Made by a program: the position numbers and the translations under genes. From contig NC_058136.1 in assembly GCF_016433145.1 (NCBI RefSeq), forward strand, positions 19,414,854-19,478,853: a DNA stretch of 64,000 nucleotides, read 5' to 3'. Below are positions 48,950 to 60,720 of this stretch, piece after piece. The first letter of the stretch is position 1; each line of letters starts with the position of its first letter. This DNA comes from Gracilinanus agilis. Taxonomy: Eukaryota. The notes beneath the pieces are model-generated. The model did no database searches and was not told the DNA's origin. It worked only from the letters and a program-made list of their open reading frames with translations.

Positions 48950-49370
48950 CTGCAGTGATCTAAGCTGTGAATGCTTTGTAGAAAGTACATAAACACATAA
49001 TTGGCCTGTATTTGGAGAGGTCACTGGTGATGCCTTCAGCAAAGAAAGGCAGCATCAAGCAGCTGAGAGGAGGCTGAGAAGATCTTTGCTCTGAAGGAAT
49101 TGGTTCGCCACCAGGATGTACTTGAGCCTCTAATTATGGATCTTCTCCAAGCTTTGCTGCTTTCTGGTTCTGCAGAGAGGCTAAGATTCCAGGCACCTCC
49201 CTTGTCATTCATTATACAAATGGCGGACATACTCAGTTTTGCATTTGAACCAATTTGCGTGTTGTTGCATTGGACTTGTTGCAACCACATGGATTACCTG
49301 AAATTTTCTATGTCTTCTTTTTTTTGGAGGTTCTCTCTCTCCTCTTTTTCCTTACCATCTTCAGAGTCTG
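48950..49370 (-). mobile_element. Dong/R4 fossil, RT domains 0-1
   Basis: EDIENFR*SMW.../QHANWF, NQKAAK/LEKIHN*RLKY..VANQF and TSDLSKYRPIMCLCTFYKAFTA match NFW..IW, WKAPG.DKIHNFWLK and DPSKYRPITCL..IYK. Confidence 0.85.
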
Positions 49371-49625
49371 TGGGTAAGTCACAGTGCTTTGCACTCAAGT
49401 GCTTAATACATGCTTTTTTCACTCATTCATTCACGGGGAATTATTTAGGGCAAGGAAATGTGTTCATCTCCAATAGTCACAGCAAATGGCAGCTTTTAAA
49501 AATGCCTTTGCTTTGGGAGAATTGGTCTGCTAGTTGGATTAGTGCCATCAAAATCAAAAAGGGATTTTCAACATTTCCATTTAAATCTATTCAGCCCCTG
49601 CTCAAAAGAACTTGAGTCCTGGGGA

Positions 49626-50200
49626 TTATTTTTGTCCTCCATTTTGAGAAATAGGTAGGATTTCTGGCACTGCCATTAAGTCAAGATGTTCAGTGGTTTC
49701 AGATGCTTCGGCTTTCTCCTCTTTAGCTTTAAGTTGCTCGTCAATTTTAGCCTTTATTTCATCCAACGTGAGCTTAGGGATGAAGTTCTTCCTTACAGCT
49801 ACTCTGCATTGATCTCCAATATGTTGCACGACGTGGATTTGAGGGTGCCCCTGATAAAAAGTTACGTAAGGCCTTGCCTAGAAGCCTGGTAAATTTGATT
49901 TCTTGTTTAGTCATGTGCCTAATGAAAAGCCTTTATATCTTTGGTGGTTGCCTGCCTCGGGGGTTAGCGTCATCTGTGTAGGAGCATTTCCGACTGGCGG
50001 GGTTTGGGGATTTATGGTTTGTTCTAGCGTCCTTTATCATCTGCTTGTCCCAGATCAGAAAAGGGGCCACCGTTTGCTCCACCGTCCTCTGTGTCAAGAG
50101 GATTGAAGTGCTTGCTGGTGGATCATCATGATGGTTTCAAGGAGGGCCAGCCTGCCCGTCTATGTCAACCCTTCTATTTTTTTTACTCTTAGGAACAATG
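49626..50200 (-). mobile_element. Dong/R4 fossil, N-terminal domain and probable 5' region
   Basis: FYQGHPQIHVVQHIGDQCRVAVRKNFIPKLTLDEIKAKIDEQL matches the recalled R4 N-terminal pattern F...YP...VTEQRIADQRRVI.RN.L.....L..IK..V. Confidence 0.72.
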
Positions 50201-50469
50201 ACATCACACTGAGCCCGATGCTAGCCCAATCCATGGTAGTGCCAGAGCCCAATTCTCCAGATTTTCTAACTGGGCTGTGCAAGGAAATATTTAACTGAGG
50301 TTCCTTTTTCCATTTTAAAATTCTGTGATTCACTTCATCTTCCAAAACACAATTGCCAGAGATGATTTCATACTTGATCTCAGGATTTTTGCTTTCAAGG
50401 CCACTTGAAGCACCCAGTTCAATTCAGCGTGCATTTATTAAGCATCCATTATGACTCGTGTTGGGAATA

Positions 50470-51045
50470 CAAAAAGACATGATATAGAATCAGAGACTCT
50501 CAGGCTGGAAGGGAACGCAGAAATCATTTAGTACAAACCATACCAGAACAAGAAGCTCCCCTTACAAATATGCCCACCCAGGGGTTATCTGGCTTCTCCC
50601 TGAAGATCACTAATGGGAGAGCGCTTACTACTTTCTGAGGCACCTCATTCCAATTTGGGATGCAGCTAATTGTGAGGAAGTATTTCCTTTCACCAAGGAT
50701 AAATCTGACTGCAATTTTTGTCCACCGTTTCTAGTTCTATCCTCTGGGGTCAAGAAATCCTTCTTCCATGTGAAGCCCTTAAAAAACTCAAAGGTAGAGG
50801 GCAGCTGGGTAGCTCAGTGGATTGAGAGCCAGGCCTAGAGGTGGTAGGTCCTGGGTTCAAATCTGACCTCAGACACTTCCTAGCTGGGTGACCCTGGGCA
50901 AGTCACTTCACTCCCATTGCCTACCCTTACCACTCTTCCTCCTTGGAACCAAGACACAGTATTGATTCTAAGATGGAAGGTGAGGGGTTAAAAAAAAATC
51001 TTGAAGACAGTAATTATGGTCCCCAAAATCTTCTCCTAGCTTCTC
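50470..51045 (-). mobile_element. CR1/L3 3' end with an inserted SINE1-type SINE (50798-50998, +)
   Basis: tagaatc...gctggaagggaac...ttactactttctgaggcacctcattccaattt...cttgaagacag. Confidence 0.7.
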
Positions 51046-51049
51046 CTAG

Positions 51050-54000
51050 ATCCTAACTGATCTGCTTCTCTTCTATTTTTTTTTTGATTATGCAATCCTT
51101 AATTTGAACTTATTGTAAAATATGGTTTTAAAGGTATGGCTTTAAGCCTCATTTCTGCCATACTATCTTTTCAATCTTCCCAGGAGCTTTTTTTTTTTAA
51201 ATCAAAAAGGGAATTCTTCCCTAAGTAATTTCTGTTTTTGATTCTCCCTTTTCTGGTCTGTTCCATTGATCTACTTCTCTATTTTTTATAACCCTCACCT
51301 CCCACCTTAGAATCAATACTGTGTATTGGCTCCAAGGCAGAAGGGCGGTAAGGGTAGGCAATGGGAGTTAAATGACTTGCCCAAGGTCACACAGGTGGGA
51401 AGTGTCTGAGGCCAGATTTGAACCGAGGATCTCCAGTCTCTAGGCCTGGCTCTCAATCCATTGAGCCACCCAGCTGCCCCCTACTTCTCTATTTTTTAAG
51501 CAAATATAATGATTATTTTCATTTTAATTAAAATTTTTTAAAATTATTTTCAATTTCTTTTTAATAGAGTTTGAAATCCATAAGAGCTCTTTATTCCTTC
51601 TTCATGCTTTCCTTTTTTCATTATTTCTCTTGATACTGTAGATACTTTATTTCTCAGAATGTTTTGTTGTTACTTTGTTGAGTTCTATAAAGTATGCCTT
51701 TGATAATGTTTTGGTTATAGCACTAAAAAAGAAAATTGACTTGGGTAACAATGTCATTTTTATTGCACTGGCATGACCTACCCTTCAGCTATTTAAATTG
51801 TTCTTTATTTTTTAAGGGATACTTTGTAATTGAATCTCTACAAGTATTTTGTGTGCTTTGGTTAATAGATCTCTAAATATTTTATGTACTTTGTAGTTAT
51901 TTCAAATGATTTTTCTATTATTGCCTCTTGCTTTTTGTTATAATGATATAGAAAAGCTGTTTTTTTCCTATAGGTTTATCTTGTAGTCTGCAACTTTTGC
52001 TCAAGCTATTAATTGTCTTAATTAGTATCTTTACTGATTCCCTCAGATTTTCCAAGGAAACCATTATGCTGTCAGCAAATAGATATAGTTTAAGCTCCTC
52101 CTCCTCTCTCTTGAGGCCTTTAATTTTATTCTGTCATATTGCCAACCCTAACCCTAATCTCCAGAATATAATAATTAATAAATTAAATAAATTTATTTAT
52201 ATTTTAATTAGAAATAAATAAATCATTAGTAATAAATAAATAAAATAATAGTGGGAGTGGTGGCAATCCTTATTTTACTTCTGCCTTTACTGGGAAAGTT
52301 TCTAATATAAGCCTACTACTGTATGTGAGGCTTGCTTTTGGTTTTCAACGCTTTTTATGATACTGAAAAAAGCTGTTTTTAGGCCTATATTTTATAGGGT
52401 TTTGAGGATGAATGGGTATTGCAATTTGTCAAATTCTTATGCTGCATCTGTTGGGATAATCACATGGTTTAGAAAATTTTGCTTTTAATATGAATAATTA
52501 TGTTGATTGTTTTCCTAATGTTGAAACATCTTTGTAACCCTGGTATAAATCTAAATTGATCATAATGAATGATTTCTTGGATGAATTGTTTACTGGATGA
52601 GATTTTATTTAAAAAAAATTTGAATTAATATTCACTAACGATATTGGTCTACATAGTTCTCCTGTGCTTTATCTTTCCCTGGTTTAGGTATCAAGACTAT
52701 GTTAGTCTCAAAATAGGAAACCAATAAAGTGCTTTCTTTCCCAATTCTTGGGACTAATTTGGATAGCATTTGGTACAAATTGTTCTTTATGAGTTTGAAA
52801 GAGTTCTTGAATGAAGCCATCAGGACCAGGAGTTCCCACACTCCCTCTGTATTGGCAATTCTTTTACAGCTAGGGCTATTTCCTTTTCTGAGAATGGATT
52901 ATTTAAATATCTCTATCTGGTCGTCTGTTATTCTAGCTATTTTATATTTGTAAAGGCATTCCTCTATTTCTTTTGCTTTCTCAATATTGTTAGCATATAA
53001 CTATAAAGAATAGGCTCTGATAATTCTTTTGATTTCATCTGGTTTTGTTGTGATTTCTCCTTGTTTGTTTGCTAGTTTGTTGATTTTATTTTCTGCCCTC
53101 TTCATTTTAATTGGCTTGTCTAATGGTTTTTCAGTCTTGTTAGCCTTTTCAGAGAATCATCATCTAGTCGTGTTGATCATTTTTGTAGTTTCTTTTCTTT
53201 CCAGATTGTCTATTTCTCCTCTAATTTTCAATATCTCCTCTCTTGTGCTTATTTGGGGTTTGTGTATTTATTGGTTTTCTACTTTTACAAAATGTATATT
53301 CAATCCTTAATCCTCTCCTTTTCTATTTCCCCCAAAAGATTGCTTTAGTTGCATCATAGAAATCTGAGCATGTTCTTGCATTGTTATCATTTTATTTCAC
53401 ATAACTATTAACTGTTTTTATGGTTTGTTCTTTGACCCACTCATTATTTAGGATTTCATGATTAAGACTTCCTTTGGCTCTGTTCCTTTTGTTTGTATTT
53501 CCTGAACTATTAATATTTTTATTATGTTATGATCTATAAAAGATGTTTGCTACTTCTGTCTTTTAACATTAAAAACATTATGTGTCCTAATACAAGATTT
53601 ATTTTTATAAAAGTTCAATGTGTAGTAAGAAGTATACATATTCTTTTGAAGTACCATTTGAAAGATACTATAATTAGTCTGTTAGCTCTAGTTTCCCCAG
53701 CAATTTCTTCAATTTTATATTTTCCTTTTTGTTTATCTTTCTGTTAGATTTGTCCACATCTCAGAGAGGGATACTAAAATCTCCAGCTCTTGAGTTACTT
53801 TCTATTCTTTTTTTCTAATTCAGTTTGTTTTCTTCCTGCATTTTGATACTAAAGCATTTGGTTCTTATAGGTTTAATATTGATATTGTGCTATAAGGAAT
53901 ATATGATTTCAGAAAGAGCTGGAAAGACCTATGTGAAATGATGCAGAGTGAAATAAGCAGAACCAGGAGAACATTGTACCCAGTAACAGCAATATTGTGG

Positions 54001-54680
54001 AACAATCAAATGTGAGAGACTGCTACTAACAATACAATGTTATTTGTTATTGTATTGTTACTAACAATACAATGTTATTTGTTATTGTATTGTTAGTAGC
54101 AGCAATACAATGATCCAGGACAATTCTGAGGGACTTAAGAAAAAGAAGGCTCTCCACCTCCAGAGAAAGAATTGTGGGAGTAGAAATGCAGATTATAACA
54201 TAGGATTTATCACTTGTTTATTTGAGTATATGTTTTGGAGTTTTGACTCTATAAGATTTACAAAATTGAATAATATGGAAATATGTTTCACATGATAATA
54301 CATGTATAACCCAGATTGAATTCTTTGTCAGCTCTGGGAAGGGGGAGGAAGGGAGACAATTTAGATCATATAACTTTGGAAAACTTATGTGGAAATTTGT
54401 TATTAAAATTTAAAAAATCTTTAAAAAATAAGTTTAACATTGATATCATTTTGTTGTCTATGATTCTTTTTAGCAGAAATTTCTATGTTTGTTTCTATGT
54501 AATTTCTATGTTGATTTTGTATATTGTGAATTGTGGGTTTTGCTTTGTCTGATAGCATAATTTCAACGCCTGATTTTTCGAATTCTCCAGATGCATGGTA
54601 AATCTTGTTCTGGCCCCTCATTTTTTTTATCTGTGGGTGTCTTTGCTTTTTAGGTGTATTTGTTGAAAGCAATGAATTGT
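51050..54680 (-). mobile_element. Older L1 (ORF2 endonuclease to RT region) with nested SINE (51287-51480) and nested sense L1 3' end
   Basis: KMRGQNKIYHASGEFEKSGVEIMLSDKAK (EN) and SYFETNIVLIPKPGKDKAQENY (RT1); the SINE has a 16-bp TSD ctacttctctattttt. Confidence 0.88.
53886..54431 (+). mobile_element. L1 3' end inserted into the older L1
   Basis: 15-bp TSD gtttaa(t/c)attgatat (53871-53885 and 54432-54446). Confidence 0.88.
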
Positions 54681-54689
54681 GGGATTTTC

Positions 54690-56220
54690 TTCTTTTTTCC
54701 TCTCTTTATTTTAATAACAAATTTCCACATAAGTTTTCCAAAGTTATATGGTCCATATTGACTCCCTTCCTTCTTACCTCTCCCCTCCAAGAGTTGACAA
54801 GCAATTGAATCTGGGTTACTCATGTATTATCATGCAAAACATATTTCCATATTATTCATTTCTGTAAATGAATAATCTTATAGAACCAAAACCTCAAAAT
54901 ATACAAACAAACAAGTGGAAAAACCATGTTTTCATCTGCATTCCTACTCCAACAGTTCCTTCTCTGGAGGTGGATGGCATTCTTTTTCTTAGGTCCTCAG
55001 AATTGTTCTGGATCATTGTACTGCCAATAGTAGCTGAGTCTATCACATTTGAATGTTCTACAATATTGCATTGTGTATAATGTTCTCCTGATTCTGTTCA
55101 TTTCACTCTGCATTAGAGTGCATTTCTTATAGAAATCATCCCATTCATCATTCCTTATAGCACAATAGTATTCCATCACCACCATATACCACAATTTGTT
55201 CAGCCATTCCCCAATTGTTGGACATCTCTTTAATTTCCAATTTTTTGCCACCACAAAAAAGCAGCTATAAATATTTTTGTACAAACAGGTCCTTTCCCAT
55301 TGAGGGGGGATATAGATCTAGTAGTGGTATGGCTGGATCAAAAGGCAGGCATTCTTTTATAGCCCTTTGGGCATAATTCTAAATTTCCCTCCAGAATGAT
55401 TGAAATCAATTCACAACTCTACTAGCAATGCATCAGTGTCTCAATTTTACCACATTCCCTCCAACATTTATTATTTTCCTTTACTGTCATATTGGCCAAT
55501 ATGGTATGTGTGAGAAGGTACCTCAGAGTTGCTTTACTTTGCATTTCTCTAATCAAGAGGGATTTAGAACATTTTTTCATATGATTATTAATAGCTTTGA
55601 TTTCTTCATCTGAAAACTGCCTATTCATATCCCTTGACCATTTGTCAATTGGATTTTTATGAATTTGGCTTAGTTCCTTTTATATTTGAGAAATGAGACC
55701 TTTATCAGATAAACTTGTTATAAAAAAAGTTTCCAGATTGTTGCTTCCCTTCCGATCTTGGTTGCATTGGTTTTGTTTGTACAAAACCTTTTTAATTTAA
55801 TATAATCAAAATTATTCATTTTACATCTTGCAATGTTCTCTATCTCTTGTTTGGTCATAAATTCTTCCCTTCTCCATAGATCTGACAGGTAAGCTATTCT
55901 TTGTTCCCTTAATTTACTTATAATATCACTCTTTATGTTTAAATCATAACCCATTTTGACCTTATCTTGGTGTAGGGTGTGAGATGTTGATCTAAACCTA
56001 ATTTCTCCCACACCGTTTCCCAATTTCCCCAGCAGTTTTTGTCAAATAACGAGTTCTTATCCCAAAAGCTGGGCTCTTTGGGTTTATCGAACACTAGATT
56101 GCTGAGGTCACTTACCCCAAGTCTATTCCACTGGTCCCCCCTTCTATTTCTTAGCCAATACCGGATTGTTTTGATGACCGCTGCTGTATAGTACACTTTA
56201 AGATCTCCTGCTGCTAGCAT
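54690..56220 (-). mobile_element. L1 3' portion (ORF2 C-terminus and 3' UTR)
   Basis: GDLKVYYTAAVIKTIRYWLRNRRGDQWNRL; MNRQFSDEEIKAINNHMKKCSKSLLIRE; KNWKLKRCPTIGEWLNKLWY. Confidence 0.92.
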
Positions 56221-56589
56221 CATGGGCTTTTTAAATCCAACTTGTCACATACTTTTCCATTCACATTTAAAAAGGGATGAGTCAAATTGCCCTTCATTTG
56301 TCTCTAATATTGTTTTTTTTCCTGAATCCAGGTGGGGCTTTTTTTAAGAGGGAAAGTTATTCTTCTCTAAAGACAGAATTTTGTTTTTTCAATTCTTTTT
56401 GCTTACTCTACGTTGTGGCAACTCTATTCCCACAGACCTTCTCTCCTACTACAAGCATTTTCCATCCTGAGGGAGGAGAGGGTTGGACAAGGTCAGGGGA
56501 TATCTAGCAATTTGGCTGGGACATGGAACTTGGAACTGGAAGGGACCTTAGAGATCATGTAGTACAATCTCTTCATATTATAGAAGAGA

Positions 56590-57404
56590 AAACGTAAGAC
56601 AAATGAACTGATAAGTAATTTGTGAAATTACGAAACAGGGATAGGCACGCCCAGTTCTTTGGGAACTTGAAGGGAAAGATCATGATTGGTAGCTGGGAAC
56701 AGGGCAGCAGTAACACTTTAATAGCCACAATGGGTGTAAGGGTGAATAGCACAGGAAATACAGAACTATAAGCAATGAGAAGCAAGGATATGGAGGCAGA
56801 TGACGCAGAGATGTTGGGGGGGGGAATAGGATGGTGAAGGGAAGCAGGTAGCATGAAGAACAGGGATAGAGAGGGGATGAGTCACTTATGTAAATACAGA
56901 TTAGAGTTGGGAGCACTTGGCAGCTGACCCACTGATGATGGAAGAGGGCTGGGGAAGGCAGAAGGCAAGAGTTTAAGGTCTCATTTTTCTGGGGGTTTTC
57001 TGGGAAACAGAGCAACTCCTCTGGGTGCCACCTTGGGGGTAGTTTATTAACATATCGAAATCATCTCAAATTTTACAGGTAAAACTTCAAAGTCATCCTC
57101 TCAAAGTTATCACTACTTTTTTGATGTGCTGTTGGTATAGAGCCGTGGAGGTCTGGAATTTGTCCAGAAATAAGCCAAGAAACCTTGACAAGCAGAGCAT
57201 AGATGGTTTCTCCTAATTTGGCACATATTACGAGGATGTGAATTTTGGTTAATATATGATACAATTTGCAAATTATGCTTCTTTGATCTTTGGTATGGTT
57301 TCTGGTCCTGCTATTGGCCCTTTTAACTGGCTGCCCATAAAACTTACTATACAGATTAAAAGGGGAGGTGACCAGGGGGACCAAAACAAGATACAATTTT
57401 AACA
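56590..57404 (-). mobile_element. LTR-like sequence
   Basis: Minus strand starts TGTT at 57404, AATAAA near 57045, then a partial PBS-like TGGCACCC; no clear TSD. Confidence 0.3.
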
Positions 57405-57668
57405 CAAGGAGGAAGTTTTAAGTGACTTGTCCAAGGTCACACGGGTTATGTTTAGATCGAGCTAAAACTTGAATCTTGGTCTTCTGACTCAAAATCCAAA
57501 ACCCTTCCCACTAATGATGAGGAGGTGGAAACAATGATATGTAGAACCAGATTTGATCTGGAAGAAGAGAGACAGAGACTGAGACAGAGAGAGACAGAGG
57601 AATCTTAAGTTTATAAAATTGGGTGACTGAGAGGATAGTGTTATCCTCATCAGAAATGGGGACTTTCA

Positions 57669-57872
57669 GGGGGCAGCTGGGTGGTTCAATGGATTGAGAA
57701 TCAGGCCTGGAGGCAGGAGGTCCTGGGTTCCAATCTGACCTCAGATACTTCCTAGCTGTGTGACCCTGGGCAAGTCACTTCACCCCCATTGCGTAGCCTC
57801 TATTGCTCTTCTGCCTTGGAAGTGATACATAGTATTGATTCTAAGATGGAAGGTGAGGGTTTTATAAAAATA
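57669..57872 (+). mobile_element. SINE1-type SINE
   Basis: Full head, CORE and tail. Confidence 0.88.
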
Positions 57873-58019
57873 AAGAAATAGGGACATTTAAAGAGAGGGT
57901 CTCTCTACTACAGTGATGTCAAACTCAAATAGAAATGGGGTCTACTGAATGGTACGTAAGGATCCCTGCAGCTTGAAAATGTCATTTTATCCCAGTTTCC
58001 TTGCCGTTTTCTGTACTTC

Positions 58020-58620
58020 ATAACTCCACGTGGAGTGCTGGGGTCAGTGTCGCTTTGAGTCTTGGATGAGGGCTACAGAAATAGCTGAGCACAAGTTTCA
58101 TGAAGCCAATGGAGTAACTTTTTGATAGCCTGAGTTTTCCAACTTGCACAATGGCTGCTGGGAGAGGGAGAGTACATTCTGTTCTGTGGCCATGGTTGCT
58201 TCCTTCCCTTTGTGCTCCATCATACATCTAATGGCTTTTCAGTGGATCATTTCTCTTGCAAATGGAGCATTGTTTAGGTTGTCAGTTGGAATGAAGACGT
58301 GTAATTTTCCTGGTGCTTGAATATTTCCCGTGTGCCTGTGCAAATATTGTGTTATGTAGTCACGCTGGGATAGAGTTGTTCACATGGATGCGGGATGCAG
58401 AGACAAGGCTAAAAAAAACGCTTGCCTCCCCTCCCCTCCCCATGATGGGAACAACCAGAATGTCTTTACATGACCTGATTCCAACTCTGAGTACAGGTCT
58501 GAGTGCCTTTGCTGGCTGACAGACAGAGACATGACCCCAGAGCTTCTCTAGTCCAGAGGCGTCGAACCCACAGCCCGCCCACACCACTTGGGAGCACGCG
58601 CCACCAGTGGGGCTCCTTCT
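58020..58620 (-). mobile_element. Second, more decayed Dong/R4-like 3' fragment
   Basis: KEPH, QSWNQVM (QDQVI), LHPASM*TTLSQRDYI/HN (HITSGCTTLAQTDYL.RHN) and RLKATL appear in the expected order. Confidence 0.42.
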
Positions 58621-58824
58621 GTATGGTTTAGTGACTTCCCATTTCTACTGGAGTTTGACGCCATCGATCATGTCCAAAATATACCTGGCCAGTAATCCAT
58701 CTTGAGCATCCCTGCTCTATCTGAAGGTGGCTAGCAACAGGGACGACACAACCTCCTTAGGCCCTATGTGCCAGCTTGGGATGGCTCTTATCAGTAGGAA
58801 GCCCTCTTTAAATTGGCCTAAAAT

Positions 58825-59030
58825 GGGGGCAGCTGGGTAGCTCTCAATTGGGATTGAGAGCCAGGCCTAGAGACGGGAGGTCCTGGGTTCCAATTTGGCC
58901 TCAGACACTTCCCAGCTGGGTGACCCTGGGCAAGTCCCTTCACCCCCACTGCATAGCCCTTACCTCTCTTCTGTCTTAGAACCTATACATAGTATTGATT
59001 CTAAGGCGGAAGGAACAAATAAATGAAAAA
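58825..59030 (+). mobile_element. SINE1-type SINE
   Basis: 10-bp TSD taaattggcc (58809-58818 and 59031-59040). Confidence 0.9.
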
Positions 59031-59039
59031 TAAATTGGC

Positions 59040-60720
59040 CCTCTGGGTCCCGGCGGAACAAGCGTAGCCCATGACACTGGTTCCTGGGGTAAGGGGTGCC
59101 AGTCTGCTACCCAGACAACGCAGGACGGTCCTCCCAACCCTGGAGGCCAGCACATCCTGCCCTCCCCGGCCTTCTCTTCTCCAAACTAAAGAACCCTAAT
59201 TCCTTCAAGGGATCCTCCTACACTGGGGCCTCCAAGTCCCTTCCCCAGCCCGATCACACTCCTCTGCAGGTGTTCCACCTCCAAGACGCTGAGCCCCTGA
59301 GCACAGGTGAAAGCAAGTAAGTGAGACTCTCCCGCCCCAAGAGAGTGTCCTGGCTATGGCCGAGCAGGAGAGATTGGCGAGAACAGACGGAGTCAGGGAA
59401 ATGGGGCGGGGCAAATAAAAGACACACAAAGAAAGAAAGAAAGAACCATCAATTAGGGACGAAACTAAATAAGGCACATCAATGTTTAATTAATTTAATT
59501 AACGATAATTAAAACACACACCCGACACCTAAACAAGTCAGTAATTAACTAAACTAAGACACATAAAATTTTAAAATCGATAATTAATTAAAACAAACAA
59601 AAGAGCCACCCATTGAGTTCCTTAGGGAAACAGGAAGCAGGCGTCCTTGTCCATAAGAGACAGGTGGTTTTTTTAATTAATTAACTCAATAAAATCCATA
59701 ATGAAGTAGAATAAGTCAAAGCCACAGCCCCGAAAATGAAGTCAGAATGAAGGGATAAGTGAAGCCCAGCTAAAGAAATAGAAAGCCCCAGCGATAGATC
59801 ATTATAAATAAATCAGTCCAAGACAGCTAACACAGACATGCCCGCCTCAAGGAGGAAGGCTTTTCCAGAGGCGGCCCGAGACAATAAGAACGGCTTCCTT
59901 CCTCAGTGTTTGCTGCACATGATGCCACTGGAGCGGAGGCACAGAGGCAAGCTCCCTGCTCCCTGCTCCCTCCCCACCTTGCCCTGGGAACAGCCACTTC
60001 CTCCGGACGGCTCCTGGCATTTTGTTTGCAGCTCTCAAAGGCACTTATTACTTCCAATTGGTGTCATGGAAATTGGTGTCCTGGAGCTGGCAAACTCCCA
60101 CCTGCTACTCTAATCCCTGTGATTTAGACTCACCACCCACCGTGGCAAACTCCCTCTCCACTGCCAGCTCTCCATGAGCTTACTCAGTGGCGCACTGGAT
60201 AGAGCACTGGGCCTGTGTTCGGAAGGACCCCTGTTCAAATCCAGCCTCAGACACTGACTAGCTGTGTGATCCTGGGTAAGTTTCTTTACTGTTTTTTTTT
60301 TTGGCCTTCGCTTTGTTCAGCTGCAATTTGGGGGCGAGCGTGGCGGCACCTCCCTCGAAGGGCTGTTGGGAGGCTCAAATGAGGTCATATTTGTTAAGTG
60401 CTTCAGTCGGCGCCCGGCACTTACTCCGGAATGCTGGCAGTCCTACCTGCCTCAGTACCGAGTCTCCTCTGCCCCGCCCCCTTTCCCCTCTTCCCCCTGG
60501 GCCTCACTTTTATGATGATTTTTTTTTAAAAGAAACCCTCCCCTTGTGTCTTAGAATGAATATTGTGTGTTCTCCAAGGCAGAAGAGCGGTAAAGGGCTA
60601 GGCAATGGGGGTCAGCCAGCCAGGAAGTGTCCGAGGCCGGATCTGAGCCCAGGACCGCCCCACGGGTCTGGCTCTCTAGCCACTGAGCCACCCAGCTGAT
60701 CTTTTCGGGCTTTATTATGA
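59040..60720. promoter_or_regulatory. CpG-retaining, promoter-like region of unknown target (includes a CpG-rich MIR and SINE1 copy)
   Basis: Local CpG excess; ATTGG, GGGGCGGGG and AATAAAA at about 59375-59420; SINE at 60520-60700 with several A/T-to-G/C changes. Confidence 0.35.

Noticed and set aside
49200-49300. Apparent CXC (PCGCNKS) cysteine cluster
   Set aside because: Arises in an off-frame of the R4 NFW..IW...HANW region.
49100-49615. 171-aa plus-strand ORF
   Set aside because: It is the antisense of the R4 fossil plus a decayed L2/MIR piece; the opposite strand carries the recognisable RT motifs.
49626-49915. Endogenous non-retroviral virus fragment or orphan terminal exon
   Set aside because: No match to recalled borna-, filo- or parvovirus motifs; fits the R4 N-terminal pattern and is collinear with the RT downstream.
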